From NCBI GenBank assembly GCA_964016885.1, contig OZ024742.1, forward strand, positions 19,530,001 to 19,594,000: 64,000 nt of DNA, in the 5' to 3' direction. Positions 16,628 to 31,600 of this stretch are shown here, piece after piece. Within the stretch, counting starts at the first letter, position 1; each line of letters opens with the position of its first letter. Below the pieces are notes generated by a model that made no database searches, had not been told where the DNA came from, and saw only the letters and a list, made by a program, of their open reading frames with translations. The position numbers and the translations under genes were made by a program. This stretch comes from Eledone cirrhosa. Its lineage: Eukaryota.

Positions 16628-19600
16628 TGAAGGCACATGGCTTTATGGTTAGGGTGTACGGCTCACAATCGTAAGGTCGTGAGTTCGATTCTCAACGTCG
16701 CGTTGTCTCCTTAAGCAAGACACTTTATTTCACGCTGCTCCAGTCCACTGTCTCTAAAGCAAGACACTTTATTTCACGCTGCTCCAGTCCACTGTGTCCT
16801 TAAGCAAGACACTTTATTTCACGCTGCTCCAGTCCACTGTGTCCTTAAGCAAGACACTTTATTTCACGCTGCTCCAGTCCACTGTGTCCTTAAGCAAGAC
16901 ACTTTATTTCACGCTGCTCCAGTCCACTGTGTCCTTAAGCAAGACACTTTATTTCACGCTGCTCCAGTCCACTGTCTCTTAAGCAAGACACTTTATTTCA
17001 CGTTGCTCCAGTCCACTGTCTCTTAAGCAAGACACTTTATTTCACGCTGCTCCAGTCCACTGTGTCCTTAAGCAAGACACTTTATTTCACGCTGCTCCAG
17101 TCCACTGTGTCCTTAAGCAAGACACTTTATTTCACGCTGCTCCAGTCCACTGTCTCTAAAGCAAGACACTTTATTTCACGCTGCTCCAGGCCACTGTGTC
17201 CTTAAGCAAGACACTTTATTTCACGCTGCTCCAGTCCACTGTGTCCTTAAGCAAGACACTTTATTTCACGCTGCTCCAGTCCACTGTGTCCTTAAGCAAG
17301 ACACTTTATTTCACGCTGCTCCAGTCCACTGTGTCCTTAAGCAAGACACTTTATTTCACGCTGCTCCAGTCCACTGTCTCTTAAGCAAGACACTTTATTT
17401 CACGTTGCTCCAGTCCACTGTCTCTTAAGCAAGACACTTTATTTCACGCTGCTCCAGTCCACTGTGTCCTTAAGCAAGACACTTTATTTCACGCTGATCC
17501 AGTCCACTGTCTGTTAAGCAAGACACTTTATTTCACGTTGCTCCTGTCCACTGTGTCCTTAAGCAAGACACTTTATTTCACGTTGCTCCAGTCCACTGTG
17601 TCTTAAGCAAGACACTTTATTTCACGTTGCTCCAGTCCACTGTGTCCTTAAGCAAGACACTTTATTTCACGTTGCTCCAGTCCACTGTGTCCTTAAGCAA
17701 GACACTTTATTTCACGCTGCTCCAGTCCACTGTCTCTTAAGCAAGACACTTTATTTCACGTTGCTCCAGTCCACTGTGTCTTAAGCAAGACACTTTATTT
17801 CACGTTGCTCCAGTCCACTGTGTCCTTAAGCAAGACACTTTATTTCACGTTGCTCCAGTCCACTGTGTCTTAAGCAAGACACTTTATTTCACGTTGCTCC
17901 AGTCCACTGTGTCCTTAAGCAAGACACTTTATTTCACGTTGCTCCAGTCCACTGTGTCCTTAAGCAAGACACTTTATTTCACGCTGCTCCAGTCCACTGT
18001 CTCTTAAGCAAGACACTTTATTTCACGTTGCTCCAGTCCACTGTGTCTTAAGCAAGACACTTTATTTAACGTTGCTCCAGTCCACTGTGTCTTAAGCAAG
18101 ACACTTTATTTCACGTTGCTCCAGTCCACTGTGTCCTTAAGCAAGACACTTTATTTCACGCTGCTCCAGTCCACTGTGTCTTAAGCAAGACACTTTATTT
18201 CACGTTGCTCCAGTCCACTGTGTCTTAAGCAAGACACTTTATTTCACGTTACTCCAGTCCACTGTGTCCTTAAGCAAGACACTTTATTTCACGCTGCTCC
18301 AGTCCACTGTCTCTTAAGCAAGACACTTTATTTCACGTTGCTCCAGTCCACTGTGTCTTAAGCAAGACACTTTATTTCACGTTGCTCCAGTCCACTGTGT
18401 CCTTAAGCAAGACACTTTATTTCACGTTGCTCCAGTCCACTGTGTCCTTAAGCAAGACACTTTATTTCACGTTGCTCCAGTCCACTGTGTCCTTAAGCAA
18501 GACACTTTATTTCACGTTGCTCCAGTCCACTGTGTCCTTAGGCAAGACACTTTATTTCACGTTGCTCCAGTCCACTGTGTCCTTAAGCAAGACACTTTAT
18601 TTCACGCTGCTCCAGTCCACTGTGTCTTAAGCAAGACACTTTATTTCACGTTGCTCCAGTCCACTGTGTCCTTAAGCAAGACACTTTATTTCACGTTGCT
18701 CCAGTCCACTGTGTCCTTAAGCAAGACACTTTATTTCACGTTGCTCCTGTCCACTGTGTCCTTAAGCAAGACACTTTATTTCACGCTGCTCCAGTCCACT
18801 GTGTCCTTAAGCAAGACACTTTATTTCACGTTGCTCCAGTCCACTGTGTCCTTAAGCAAGACACTTTATTTCACGTTGCTCCAGTCCACTGTGTCCTTAA
18901 GCAAGACACTTTATTTCACGCTGCTCCAGTCCACTGTCTCTTAAGCAAGACACTTTATTTCACGTTGCTCCAGTCCACTGTGTCCTTAAGCAAGACACTT
19001 TATTTCACGCTGCTCCAGTCCACTGTCTCTTAAGCAAGACACTTTATTTCACGTTGCTCCAGTCCACTGTGTCCTTAAGCAAGACACTTTATTTCACGTT
19101 GCTCCAGTCCACTGTGTCCTTAAGCAAGACACTTTATTTCACGCTGCTCCAGTCCACTGTCTCTTAAGCAAGACACTTTATTTCACGTTGCTCCAGTCCA
19201 CTGTCTCTTAAGCAAGACACTTTATTTCACGTTGCTCCAGTCCACTGTCTCTTAAGCAAGACACTTTATTTCACGTTGCTCCAGTCCACTGTCTCTTAAG
19301 CAAGACACTTTATTTCACGCTGCTCCAGTCCACTGTCTCTTAAGCAAGACACTTTATTTCACGCTGCTCCAGTCCACTGTCTCTTAAGCAAGACACTTTA
19401 TTTCACGTTGCTCCAGTCCACTGTGTCCTTAAGCAAGACACTTTATTTCACGTTGCTCCAGTCCACTGTGTCCTTAAGCAAGACACTTTATTTCACGCTG
19501 CTCCAGTCCACTGTCTCTTAAGCAAGACACTTTATTTCACGTTGCTCCAGTCCACTGTCTCTTAAGCAAGACACTTTATTTCACGTTGCTCCAGTCCACT

Positions 19601-22600
19601 GTCTCTTAAGCAAGACACTTTATTTCACGTTGCTCCAGTCCACTGTCTCTTAAGCAAGACACTTTATTTCACGCTGCTCCAGTCCACTGTCTCTTAAGCA
19701 AGACACTTTATTTCACGTTGCTCCAGTCCACTGTGTCCTTAAGCAAGACACTTTATTTCACGCTGCTCCAGTCCACTGTCTCTTAAGCAAGACACTTTAT
19801 TTCACGCTGCTCCAGTCCACTGTCTCTTAAGCAAGACACTTTATTTCACGTTGCTCCAGTTCACTGTGTCCTTAAGCAAGACACTTTATTTCACGCTGCT
19901 CCAGTCCACTGTCTCTAAAGCAAGACACTTTATTTCACGTTGCTCCAGTCCACTGTGTCCTTAAGCAAGACACTTTATTTCACGTTGCTCCAGTCCACTG
20001 TCTCTTAAGCAAGACACTTTATTTCACGTTGCTCCAGTCCACTGTCTCTTAAGCAAGACACTTTATTTCACGTGGCTCCAGTCCACTGTATCCTTAAGCA
20101 AGACACTTTATTTCACGCTGCTCCAGTCCACTGTCTCTAAGACACTTTATTTCACGCTGCTCCAGTCCACTGTCTCTTAAGCAAGACACTTTATTTCACG
20201 CTGCTCCAGTCCACTGTCTCTTAAGCAAGACACTTTATTTCAAGTTGCTCCAGTCCACTGTGTCCTTAAGCAAGACACTTTATTTCACTCTGCTCCAGTC
20301 CACTGTCTCTTAAGCAAGACACTTTATTTCACGCTGCTCCAGTCCACTGTCTCTTAAGCAAGACACTTTATTTCACGCTGCTCCAGTCCACTGTCTCTTA
20401 AGCAAGACACTTTATTTCACGCTGCTCCAGTCCACTGTCTCTTAAGCAAGACACTTTATTTCACGCTGCTCCAGTCCACTGTCTCTTAAGCAAGACACTT
20501 TATTTCACGCTGCTCCAGTCCACTGTGTCCTTAAGCAAGACACTTTATTTCACGCTGCTCCAGTCCACTGTCTCTTAAGCAAGACACTTTATTTCACGCT
20601 GCTCCAGTCCACTGTGTCTTAAGCAAGACACTTTATTTCACGCTGCTCCAGTCCACTGTCTCTTAAGCAAGACACTTTATTTCACGTTGCTCCAGTCCAC
20701 TGTCTCTTAAGCAAGACACTTTATTTCACGTTGCTCCAGTCCACTGTCTCTTAAGCAAGACACTTTATTTCACGTTGCTCCAGTCCACTGTCTCTTAAGC
20801 AAGACACTTTATTTCACGCTGCTCCAGTCCACTGTCTCTTAAGCAAGACACTTTATTTCACGTTGCTCCAGTCCACTGTCTCTTAAGCAAGACACTTTAT
20901 TTCACGCTGCTCCAGTCCACTGTCTCTTAAGCAAGACACTTTATTTCACGTTGCTCCAGTCCACTGTGTCCTTAAGCAAGACACTTTATTTCACGTTGCT
21001 CCAGTCCACTGTCTCTTAAGCAAGACACTTTATTTCACGCTGCTCCAGTCCACTGTCTCTTAAGCATGACACTTTATTTCACGCTGCTCCAGTCCACTGT
21101 CTCTTAAGCAAGACACTTTATTTCACGCTGGTCCAGTCCACTGTCTCTTAAGCAAGACACTTTATTTCACGCTGCTCCAGTCCACTGTCTCTTAAGCAAG
21201 ACACTTTATTTCACGCTGCTCCAGTCCACTGTCTCTTAAGCAAGACACTTTATTTCACGCTGCTCCAGTCCACTGTCTCTTAAGCAAGACACTTTATTTC
21301 ACGCTGCTCCAGTCCACTGTCTCTTAAGCATGACACTTTATTTCACGCTGCTCCAGTCCACTGTCTCTTAAGCAAGACACTTTATTTCACGCTGGTCCAG
21401 TCCACTGTGTCCTTAAGCAAGACACTTTATTTCACGCTGCTCCAGTCCACTGTCTCTTAAGCAAGACACTTTATTTCACGCTGGTCCAGTCCACTGTGTC
21501 CTTAAGCAAGACACTTTATTTCACGTTGCTCCAGTCCACTGTGTCCTTAAGCAAGACACTTTATTTCACGTTGCTCCAGTCCACTGTCTCTTAAGCAAGA
21601 CACTTTATTTCACGCTGCTCCAGTCCACTGTCTCTTAAGCAAGACGCTTTATTTCACGCTGCTCCAGACCACTGTCTCTTAAGCAAGACACTTTATTTCA
21701 CGCTGCTCCAGTCCACTGTCTCTTAAGCAAGACACTTTATTTCACGCTGCTCCAGTCCACTGTCTCTTAAGCAAGACACTTTATTTCACGCTGCTCCAGT
21801 CCACTGTGTCTTAAGCAAGACACTTTATTTCACGTTGCTCCAGTCCACTGTCTCTTAAGCAAGACACTTTATTTCACGCTGCTCCAGTCCACTGTATCCT
21901 TAAGCAAGACACTTTATTTCACGTTGCTCCAGTCCACTGTGTCCTTAAGCAACACACTTTATTTCACGCTGCTCCAGACCACTGTCTCTTAAGCAAGACA
22001 CTTTATTTCACGCTGCTCCAGTCCACTGTCTCTTAAGCAAGACACTTTATTTCACGCTGCTCCAGTCCACTGTCTCTTAAGCAAGACACTTTATTTCACG
22101 CTGCTCCAGTCCACTGTCTCTTAAGCAAGACACTTTATTTCACGCTGCTCCAGTCCACTGTCTCTTAAGCAAGACACTTTATTTCACGCTGCTCCAGTCC
22201 ACTGTCTCTTAAGCAAGACACTTTATTTCACGCTGCTCCAGTCCACTGTCTCTTAAGCAAGACACTTTATTTCACGCTGCTCCAGTCCACTGTGTCTTAA
22301 ACAAGACACTTTATTTCACGTTGCTCCAGTCCACTGTCTCTTAAGCAAGACACTTTATTTCACGCTGCTCCAGTCCACTGTATCCTTAAGCAAGACACTT
22401 TATTTCACGTTGCTCCAGTCCACTGTGTCCTTAAGCAAGACACTTTATTTCACGCTGCTCCAGACCACTGTCTCTTAAGCAAGACACTTTATTTCACGCT
22501 GCTCCAGTCCACTGTCTCTTAAGCAAGACACTTTATTTCACGCTGCTCCAGTCCACTGTCTCTTAAGCAAGACACTTTATTTCACGCTGCTCCAGTCCAC

Positions 22601-25600
22601 TGTGTCTTAAGCAAGACACTTTATTTCACGTTGCTCCAGTCCACTGTCTCTTAAGCAAGACACTTTATTTCACGCTGCTCCAGTCCACTGTATCCTTAAG
22701 CAAGACACTTATTTCACGTTGCTCCAGTCCACTGTGTCCTTAAGCAAGACACTTTATTTCACGCTGCTCCAGACCACTGTCTCTTAAGCAAGACACTTTA
22801 TTTCACGCTGCTCCAGTCCACTGTCTCTTAAGCAAGACACTTTATTTCACGCTGCTCCAGTCCACTGTCTCTTACGCAAGACACTTTATTTCACGCTGCT
22901 CCAGTCCACTGTGTCTTAAGCAAGACACTTTATTTCACGTTGCTCCAGTCCACTGTCTCTTAAGCAAGACACTTTATTTCACGCTGCTCCAGTCCACTGT
23001 ATCCTTAAGCAAGACACTTTATTTCACGTTGCTCCAGTCCACTGTGTCCTTAAGCAAGACACTTTATTTCACGCTGCTCCAGACCACTGTCTCTTAAGCA
23101 AGACACTTTATTTCACGCTGCTCCAGTCCACTGTCTCTTAAGCAAGACACTTTATTTCACGCTGCTCCAGTCCACTGTCTCTTAAGCAAGACACTTTATT
23201 TCACGCTGCTCCAGTCCACTGTCTCTTAAGCAAGACACTTTATTTCACGCTGCTCCAGTCCACTGTCTCTTAAGCAAGACACTTTATTTCACGCTGCTCC
23301 AGTCCACTGTCTCTTAAGCAAGACACTTTATTTCACGCTGCTCCAGTCCACTGTCTCTTAAGCAAAACACTTTATTTCACGCTGCTCCAGTCCACTGTCT
23401 CTTAAGCAAGACACTTTATTTCACGCTGCTCCAGTCCACTGTGTCTTAAGCAAGACACTTTATTTCACGTTGCTCCAGTCCACTGTCTCTTAAGCAAGAC
23501 ACTTTATTTCACGCTGCTCCAGTCCACTGTATCCTTAAGCAAGACACTTTATTTCACGTTGCTCCAGTCCACTGTGTCCTTAAGCAAGACACTTTATTTC
23601 ACGCTGCTCCAGACCACTGTCTCTTAAGCAAGACACTTTATTTCACGCTGCTCCAGTCCACTGTCTCTTAAGCAAGACACTTTATTTCACGCTGCTCCAG
23701 TCCACTGTCTCTTAAGCAAGACACTTTATTTCACGCTGCTCCAGTCCACTGTCTCTTAAGCAAGACACTTTATTTCACGCTGCTCCAGTCCACTGTCTCT
23801 TAAGCAAGACACTTTATTTCACGCTGCTCCAGTCCACTGTCTCTTAAGCAAGACACTTTATTTCACGCTGCTCCAGTCCACTGTGTCTTAAGCAAGACAC
23901 TTTATTTCACGTTGCTCCAGTCCACTGTCTCTTAAGCAAGACACTTTATTTCACGCTGCTCCAGTCCACTGTGTCCTTAAGCAAGACACTTTATTTCACG
24001 CTGCTCCAGTCCACTGTGTCCTTAAGCAAGACACTTTATTTCACGCTGCTCCAGTCCACTGTGTCCTTAAGCAAGACACTTTATTTCACGCTGCTCCAGT
24101 CCACTGTGTCCTTAAGCAAGACACTTTATTTCACGCTGCTCCAGTCCACTGTCTCTTAAGCAAGACACTTTATTTCACGTTGCTCCAGTCCACTGTCTCT
24201 TAAGCAAGACACTTTATTTCACGCTGCTCCAGTCCACTGTGTCCTTAAGCAAGACACTTTATTTCACGCTGCTCCAGTCCACTGTGTCCTTAAGCAAGAC
24301 ACTTTATTTCACGCTGCTCCAGTCCACTGTCTCTAAAGCAAGACACTTTATTTCACGCTGCTCCAGGCCACTGTGTCCTTAAGCAAGACACTTTATTTCA
24401 CGCTGCTCCAGTCCACTGTGTCCTTAAGCAAGACACTTTATTTCACGCTGCTCCAGTCCACTGTGTCCTTAAGCAAGACACTTTATTTCACGCTGCTCCA
24501 GTCCACTGTGTCCTTAAGCAAGACACTTTATTTCACGCTGCTCCAGTCCACTGTCTCTTAAGCAAGACACTTTATTTCACGTTGCTCCAGTCCACTGTCT
24601 CTTAAGCAAGACACTTTATTTCACGCTGCTCCAGTCCACTGTGTCCTTAAGCAAGACACTTTATTTCACGCTGATCCAGTCCACTGTCTGTTAAGCAAGA
24701 CACTTTATTTCACGTTGCTCCTGTCCACTGTGTCCTTAAGCAAGACACTTTATTTCACGTTGCTCCAGTCCACTGTGTCTTAAGCAAGACACTTTATTTC
24801 ACGTTGCTCCAGTCCACTGTGTCCTTAAGCAAGACACTTTATTTCACGTTGCTCCAGTCCACTGTGTCCTTAAGCAAGACACTTTATTTCACGCTGCTCC
24901 AGTCCACTGTCTCTTAAGCAAGACACTTTATTTCACGTTGCTCCAGTCCACTGTGTCTTAAGCAAGACACTTTATTTCACGTTGCTCCAGTCCACTGTGT
25001 CCTTAAGCAAGACACTTTATTTCACGTTGCTCCAGTCCACTGTGTCTTAAGCAAGACACTTTATTTCACGTTGCTCCAGTCCACTGTGTCCTTAAGCAAG
25101 ACACTTTATTTCACGTTGCTCCAGTCCACTGTGTCCTTAAGCAAGACACTTTATTTCACGCTGCTCCAGTCCACTGTCTCTTAAGCAAGACACTTTATTT
25201 CACGTTGCTCCAGTCCACTGTGTCTTAAGCAAGACACTTTATTTAACGTTGCTCCAGTCCACTGTGTCTTAAGCAAGACACTTTATTTCACGTTGCTCCA
25301 GTCCACTGTGTCCTTAAGCAAGACACTTTATTTCACGCTGCTCCAGTCCACTGTGTCTTAAGCAAGACACTTTATTTCACGTTGCTCCAGTCCACTGTGT
25401 CTTAAGCAAGACACTTTATTTCACGTTACTCCAGTCCACTGTGTCCTTAAGCAAGACACTTTATTTCACGCTGCTCCAGTCCACTGTCTCTTAAGCAAGA
25501 CACTTTATTTCACGTTGCTCCAGTCCACTGTGTCTTAAGCAAGACACTTTATTTCACGTTGCTCCAGTCCACTGTGTCCTTAAGCAAGACACTTTATTTC

Positions 25601-28600
25601 ACGTTGCTCCAGTCCACTGTGTCCTTAAGCAAGACACTTTATTTCACGTTGCTCCAGTCCACTGTGTCCTTAAGCAAGACACTTTATTTCACGTTGCTCC
25701 AGTCCACTGTGTCCTTAGGCAAGACACTTTATTTCACGTTGCTCCAGTCCACTGTGTCCTTAAGCAAGACACTTTATTTCACGCTGCTCCAGTCCACTGT
25801 GTCTTAAGCAAGACACTTTATTTCACGTTGCTCCAGTCCACTGTGTCCTTAAGCAAGACACTTTATTTCACGTTGCTCCAGTCCACTGTGTCCTTAAGCA
25901 AGACACTTTATTTCACGTTGCTCCTGTCCACTGTGTCCTTAAGCAAGACACTTTATTTCACGCTGCTCCAGTCCACTGTGTCCTTAAGCAAGACACTTTA
26001 TTTCACGTTGCTCCAGTCCACTGTGTCCTTAAGCAAGACACTTTATTTCACGTTGCTCCAGTCCACTGTGTCCTTAAGCAAGACACTTTATTTCACGCTG
26101 CTCCAGTCCACTGTCTCTTAAGCAAGACACTTTATTTCACGTTGCTCCAGTCCACTGTGTCCTTAAGCAAGACACTTTATTTCACGCTGCTCCAGTCCAC
26201 TGTCTCTTAAGCAAGACACTTTATTTCACGTTGCTCCAGTCCACTGTGTCCTTAAGCAAGACACTTTATTTCACGTTGCTCCAGTCCACTGTGTCCTTAA
26301 GCAAGACACTTTATTTCACGCTGCTCCAGTCCACTGTCTCTTAAGCAAGACACTTTATTTCACGTTGCTCCAGTCCACTGTCTCTTAAGCAAGACACTTT
26401 ATTTCACGTTGCTCCAGTCCACTGTCTCTTAAGCAAGACACTTTATTTCACGTTGCTCCAGTCCACTGTCTCTTAAGCAAGACACTTTATTTCACGCTGC
26501 TCCAGTCCACTGTCTCTTAAGCAAGACACTTTATTTCACGCTGCTCCAGTCCACTGTCTCTTAAGCAAGACACTTTATTTCACGTTGCTCCAGTCCACTG
26601 TGTCCTTAAGCAAGACACTTTATTTCACGTTGCTCCAGTCCACTGTGTCCTTAAGCAAGACACTTTATTTCACGCTGCTCCAGTCCACTGTCTCTTAAGC
26701 AAGACACTTTATTTCACGTTGCTCCAGTCCACTGTCTCTTAAGCAAGACACTTTATTTCACGTTGCTCCAGTCCACTGTCTCTTAAGCAAGACACTTTAT
26801 TTCACGTTGCTCCAGTCCACTGTCTCTTAAGCAAGACACTTTATTTCACGCTGCTCCAGTCCACTGTCTCTTAAGCAAGACACTTTATTTCACGTTGCTC
26901 CAGTCCACTGTGTCCTTAAGCAAGACACTTTATTTCACGCTGCTCCAGTCCACTGTCTCTTAAGCAAGACACTTTATTTCACGCTGCTCCAGTCCACTGT
27001 CTCTTAAGCAAGACACTTTATTTCACGTTGCTCCAGTTCACTGTGTCCTTAAGCAAGACACTTTATTTCACGCTGCTCCAGTCCACTGTCTCTAAAGCAA
27101 GACACTTTATTTCACGTTGCTCCAGTCCACTGTGTCCTTAAGCAAGACACTTTATTTCACGTTGCTCCAGTCCACTGTCTCTTAAGCAAGACACTTTATT
27201 TCACGTTGCTCCAGTCCACTGTCTCTTAAGCAAGACACTTTATTTCACGTGGCTCCAGTCCACTGTATCCTTAAGCAAGACACTTTATTTCACGCTGCTC
27301 CAGTCCACTGTCTCTAAGACACTTTATTTCACGCTGCTCCAGTCCACTGTCTCTTAAGCAAGACACTTTATTTCACGCTGCTCCAGTCCACTGTCTCTTA
27401 AGCAAGACACTTTATTTCAAGTTGCTCCAGTCCACTGTGTCCTTAAGCAAGACACTTTATTTCACTCTGCTCCAGTCCACTGTCTCTTAAGCAAGACACT
27501 TTATTTCACGCTGCTCCAGTCCACTGTCTCTTAAGCAAGACACTTTATTTCACGCTGCTCCAGTCCACTGTCTCTTAAGCAAGACACTTTATTTCACGCT
27601 GCTCCAGTCCACTGTCTCTTAAGCAAGACACTTTATTTCACGCTGCTCCAGTCCACTGTCTCTTAAGCAAGACACTTTATTTCACGCTGCTCCAGTCCAC
27701 TGTGTCCTTAAGCAAGACACTTTATTTCACGCTGCTCCAGTCCACTGTCTCTTAAGCAAGACACTTTATTTCACGCTGCTCCAGTCCACTGTGTCTTAAG
27801 CAAGACACTTTATTTCACGCTGCTCCAGTCCACTGTCTCTTAAGCAAGACACTTTATTTCACGTTGCTCCAGTCCACTGTCTCTTAAGCAAGACACTTTA
27901 TTTCACGTTGCTCCAGTCCACTGTCTCTTAAGCAAGACACTTTATTTCACGTTGCTCCAGTCCACTGTCTCTTAAGCAAGACACTTTATTTCACGCTGCT
28001 CCAGTCCACTGTCTCTTAAGCAAGACACTTTATTTCACGTTGCTCCAGTCCACTGTCTCTTAAGCAAGACACTTTATTTCACGCTGCTCCAGTCCACTGT
28101 CTCTTAAGCAAGACACTTTATTTCACGTTGCTCCAGTCCACTGTGTCCTTAAGCAAGACACTTTATTTCACGTTGCTCCAGTCCACTGTCTCTTAAGCAA
28201 GACACTTTATTTCACGCTGCTCCAGTCCACTGTCTCTTAAGCATGACACTTTATTTCACGCTGCTCCAGTCCACTGTCTCTTAAGCAAGACACTTTATTT
28301 CACGCTGGTCCAGTCCACTGTCTCTTAAGCAAGACACTTTATTTCACGCTGCTCCAGTCCACTGTCTCTTAAGCAAGACACTTTATTTCACGCTGCTCCA
28401 GTCCACTGTCTCTTAAGCAAGACACTTTATTTCACGCTGCTCCAGTCCACTGTCTCTTAAGCAAGACACTTTATTTCACGCTGCTCCAGTCCACTGTCTC
28501 TTAAGCATGACACTTTATTTCACGCTGCTCCAGTCCACTGTCTCTTAAGCAAGACACTTTATTTCACGCTGGTCCAGTCCACTGTGTCCTTAAGCAAGAC

Positions 28601-31600
28601 ACTTTATTTCACGCTGCTCCAGTCCACTGTCTCTTAAGCAAGACACTTTATTTCACGCTGGTCCAGTCCACTGTGTCCTTAAGCAAGACACTTTATTTCA
28701 CGTTGCTCCAGTCCACTGTGTCCTTAAGCAAGACACTTTATTTCACGTTGCTCCAGTCCACTGTCTCTTAAGCAAGACACTTTATTTCACGCTGCTCCAG
28801 TCCACTGTCTCTTAAGCAAGACGCTTTATTTCACGCTGCTCCAGACCACTGTCTCTTAAGCAAGACACTTTATTTCACGCTGCTCCAGTCCACTGTCTCT
28901 TAAGCAAGACACTTTATTTCACGCTGCTCCAGTCCACTGTCTCTTAAGCAAGACACTTTATTTCACGCTGCTCCAGTCCACTGTGTCTTAAGCAAGACAC
29001 TTTATTTCACGTTGCTCCAGTCCACTGTCTCTTAAGCAAGACACTTTATTTCACGCTGCTCCAGTCCACTGTATCCTTAAGCAAGACACTTTATTTCACG
29101 TTGCTCCAGTCCACTGTGTCCTTAAGCAACACACTTTATTTCACGCTGCTCCAGACCACTGTCTCTTAAGCAAGACACTTTATTTCACGCTGCTCCAGTC
29201 CACTGTCTCTTAAGCAAGACACTTTATTTCACGCTGCTCCAGTCCACTGTCTCTTAAGCAAGACACTTTATTTCACGCTGCTCCAGTCCACTGTCTCTTA
29301 AGCAAGACACTTTATTTCACGCTGCTCCAGTCCACTGTCTCTTAAGCAAGACACTTTATTTCACGCTGCTCCAGTCCACTGTCTCTTAAGCAAGACACTT
29401 TATTTCACGCTGCTCCAGTCCACTGTCTCTTAAGCAAGACACTTTATTTCACGCTGCTCCAGTCCACTGTGTCTTAAACAAGACACTTTATTTCACGTTG
29501 CTCCAGTCCACTGTCTCTTAAGCAAGACACTTTATTTCACGCTGCTCCAGTCCACTGTATCCTTAAGCAAGACACTTTATTTCACGTTGCTCCAGTCCAC
29601 TGTGTCCTTAAGCAAGACACTTTATTTCACGCTGCTCCAGACCACTGTCTCTTAAGCAAGACACTTTATTTCACGCTGCTCCAGTCCACTGTCTCTTAAG
29701 CAAGACACTTTATTTCACGCTGCTCCAGTCCACTGTCTCTTAAGCAAGACACTTTATTTCACGCTGCTCCAGTCCACTGTGTCTTAAGCAAGACACTTTA
29801 TTTCACGTTGCTCCAGTCCACTGTCTCTTAAGCAAGACACTTTATTTCACGCTGCTCCAGTCCACTGTATCCTTAAGCAAGACACTTATTTCACGTTGCT
29901 CCAGTCCACTGTGTCCTTAAGCAAGACACTTTATTTCACGCTGCTCCAGACCACTGTCTCTTAAGCAAGACACTTTATTTCACGCTGCTCCAGTCCACTG
30001 TCTCTTAAGCAAGACACTTTATTTCACGCTGCTCCAGTCCACTGTCTCTTACGCAAGACACTTTATTTCACGCTGCTCCAGTCCACTGTGTCTTAAGCAA
30101 GACACTTTATTTCACGTTGCTCCAGTCCACTGTCTCTTAAGCAAGACACTTTATTTCACGCTGCTCCAGTCCACTGTATCCTTAAGCAAGACACTTTATT
30201 TCACGTTGCTCCAGTCCACTGTGTCCTTAAGCAAGACACTTTATTTCACGCTGCTCCAGACCACTGTCTCTTAAGCAAGACACTTTATTTCACGCTGCTC
30301 CAGTCCACTGTCTCTTAAGCAAGACACTTTATTTCACGCTGCTCCAGTCCACTGTCTCTTAAGCAAGACACTTTATTTCACGCTGCTCCAGTCCACTGTC
30401 TCTTAAGCAAGACACTTTATTTCACGCTGCTCCAGTCCACTGTCTCTTAAGCAAGACACTTTATTTCACGCTGCTCCAGTCCACTGTCTCTTAAGCAAGA
30501 CACTTTATTTCACGCTGCTCCAGTCCACTGTCTCTTAAGCAAAACACTTTATTTCACGCTGCTCCAGTCCACTGTCTCTTAAGCAAGACACTTTATTTCA
30601 CGCTGCTCCAGTCCACTGTGTCTTAAGCAAGACACTTTATTTCACGTTGCTCCAGTCCACTGTCTCTTAAGCAAGACACTTTATTTCACGCTGCTCCAGT
30701 CCACTGTATCCTTAAGCAAGACACTTTATTTCACGTTGCTCCAGTCCACTGTGTCCTTAAGCAAGACACTTTATTTCACGCTGCTCCAGACCACTGTCTC
30801 TTAAGCAAGACACTTTATTTCACGCTGCTCCAGTCCACTGTCTCTTAAGCAAGACACTTTATTTCACGCTGCTCCAGTCCACTGTCTCTTAAGCAAGACA
30901 CTTTATTTCACGCTGCTCCAGTCCACTGTCTCTTAAGCAAGACACTTTATTTCACGCTGCTCCAGTCCACTGTCTCTTAAGCAAGACACTTTATTTCACG
31001 CTGCTCCAGTCCACTGTCTCTTAAGCAAGACACTTTATTTCACGCTGCTCCAGTCCACTGTGTCTTAAGCAAGACACTTTATTTCACGTTGCTCCAGTCC
31101 ACTGTCTCTTAAGCAAGACACTTTATTTCACGCTGCTCCAGTCCACTGTATCCTTAAGCAAGACACTTTATTTCACGTTGCTCCAGTCCACTGTGTCCTT
31201 AAGCAAGACACTTTATTTCACGCTGCTCCAGACCACTGTCTCTTAAGCAAGACACTTTATTTCACGCTGCTCCAGTCCACTGTCTCTTAAGCAAGACACT
31301 TTATTTCACGCTGCTCCAGACCACTGTCTCTTAAGCAAGACACTTTATTTCACGCTGCTCCAGTCCACTGTCTCTTAAGCAAGACACTTTATTTCACGCT
31401 GCTCCAGACCACTGTCTCTTAAGCAAGACACTTTATTTCACGCTGCTCCAGTCCACTGTCTCTTAAGCAAGACACTTTATTTCACGCTGCTCCAGACCAC
31501 TGTCTCTTAAGCAAGACACTTTATTTCACGCTGCTCCAGTCCACTGTCTCTTAAGCAAGACACTTTATTTCACGCTGCTCCAGTCCACTGTCTCTTAAGC

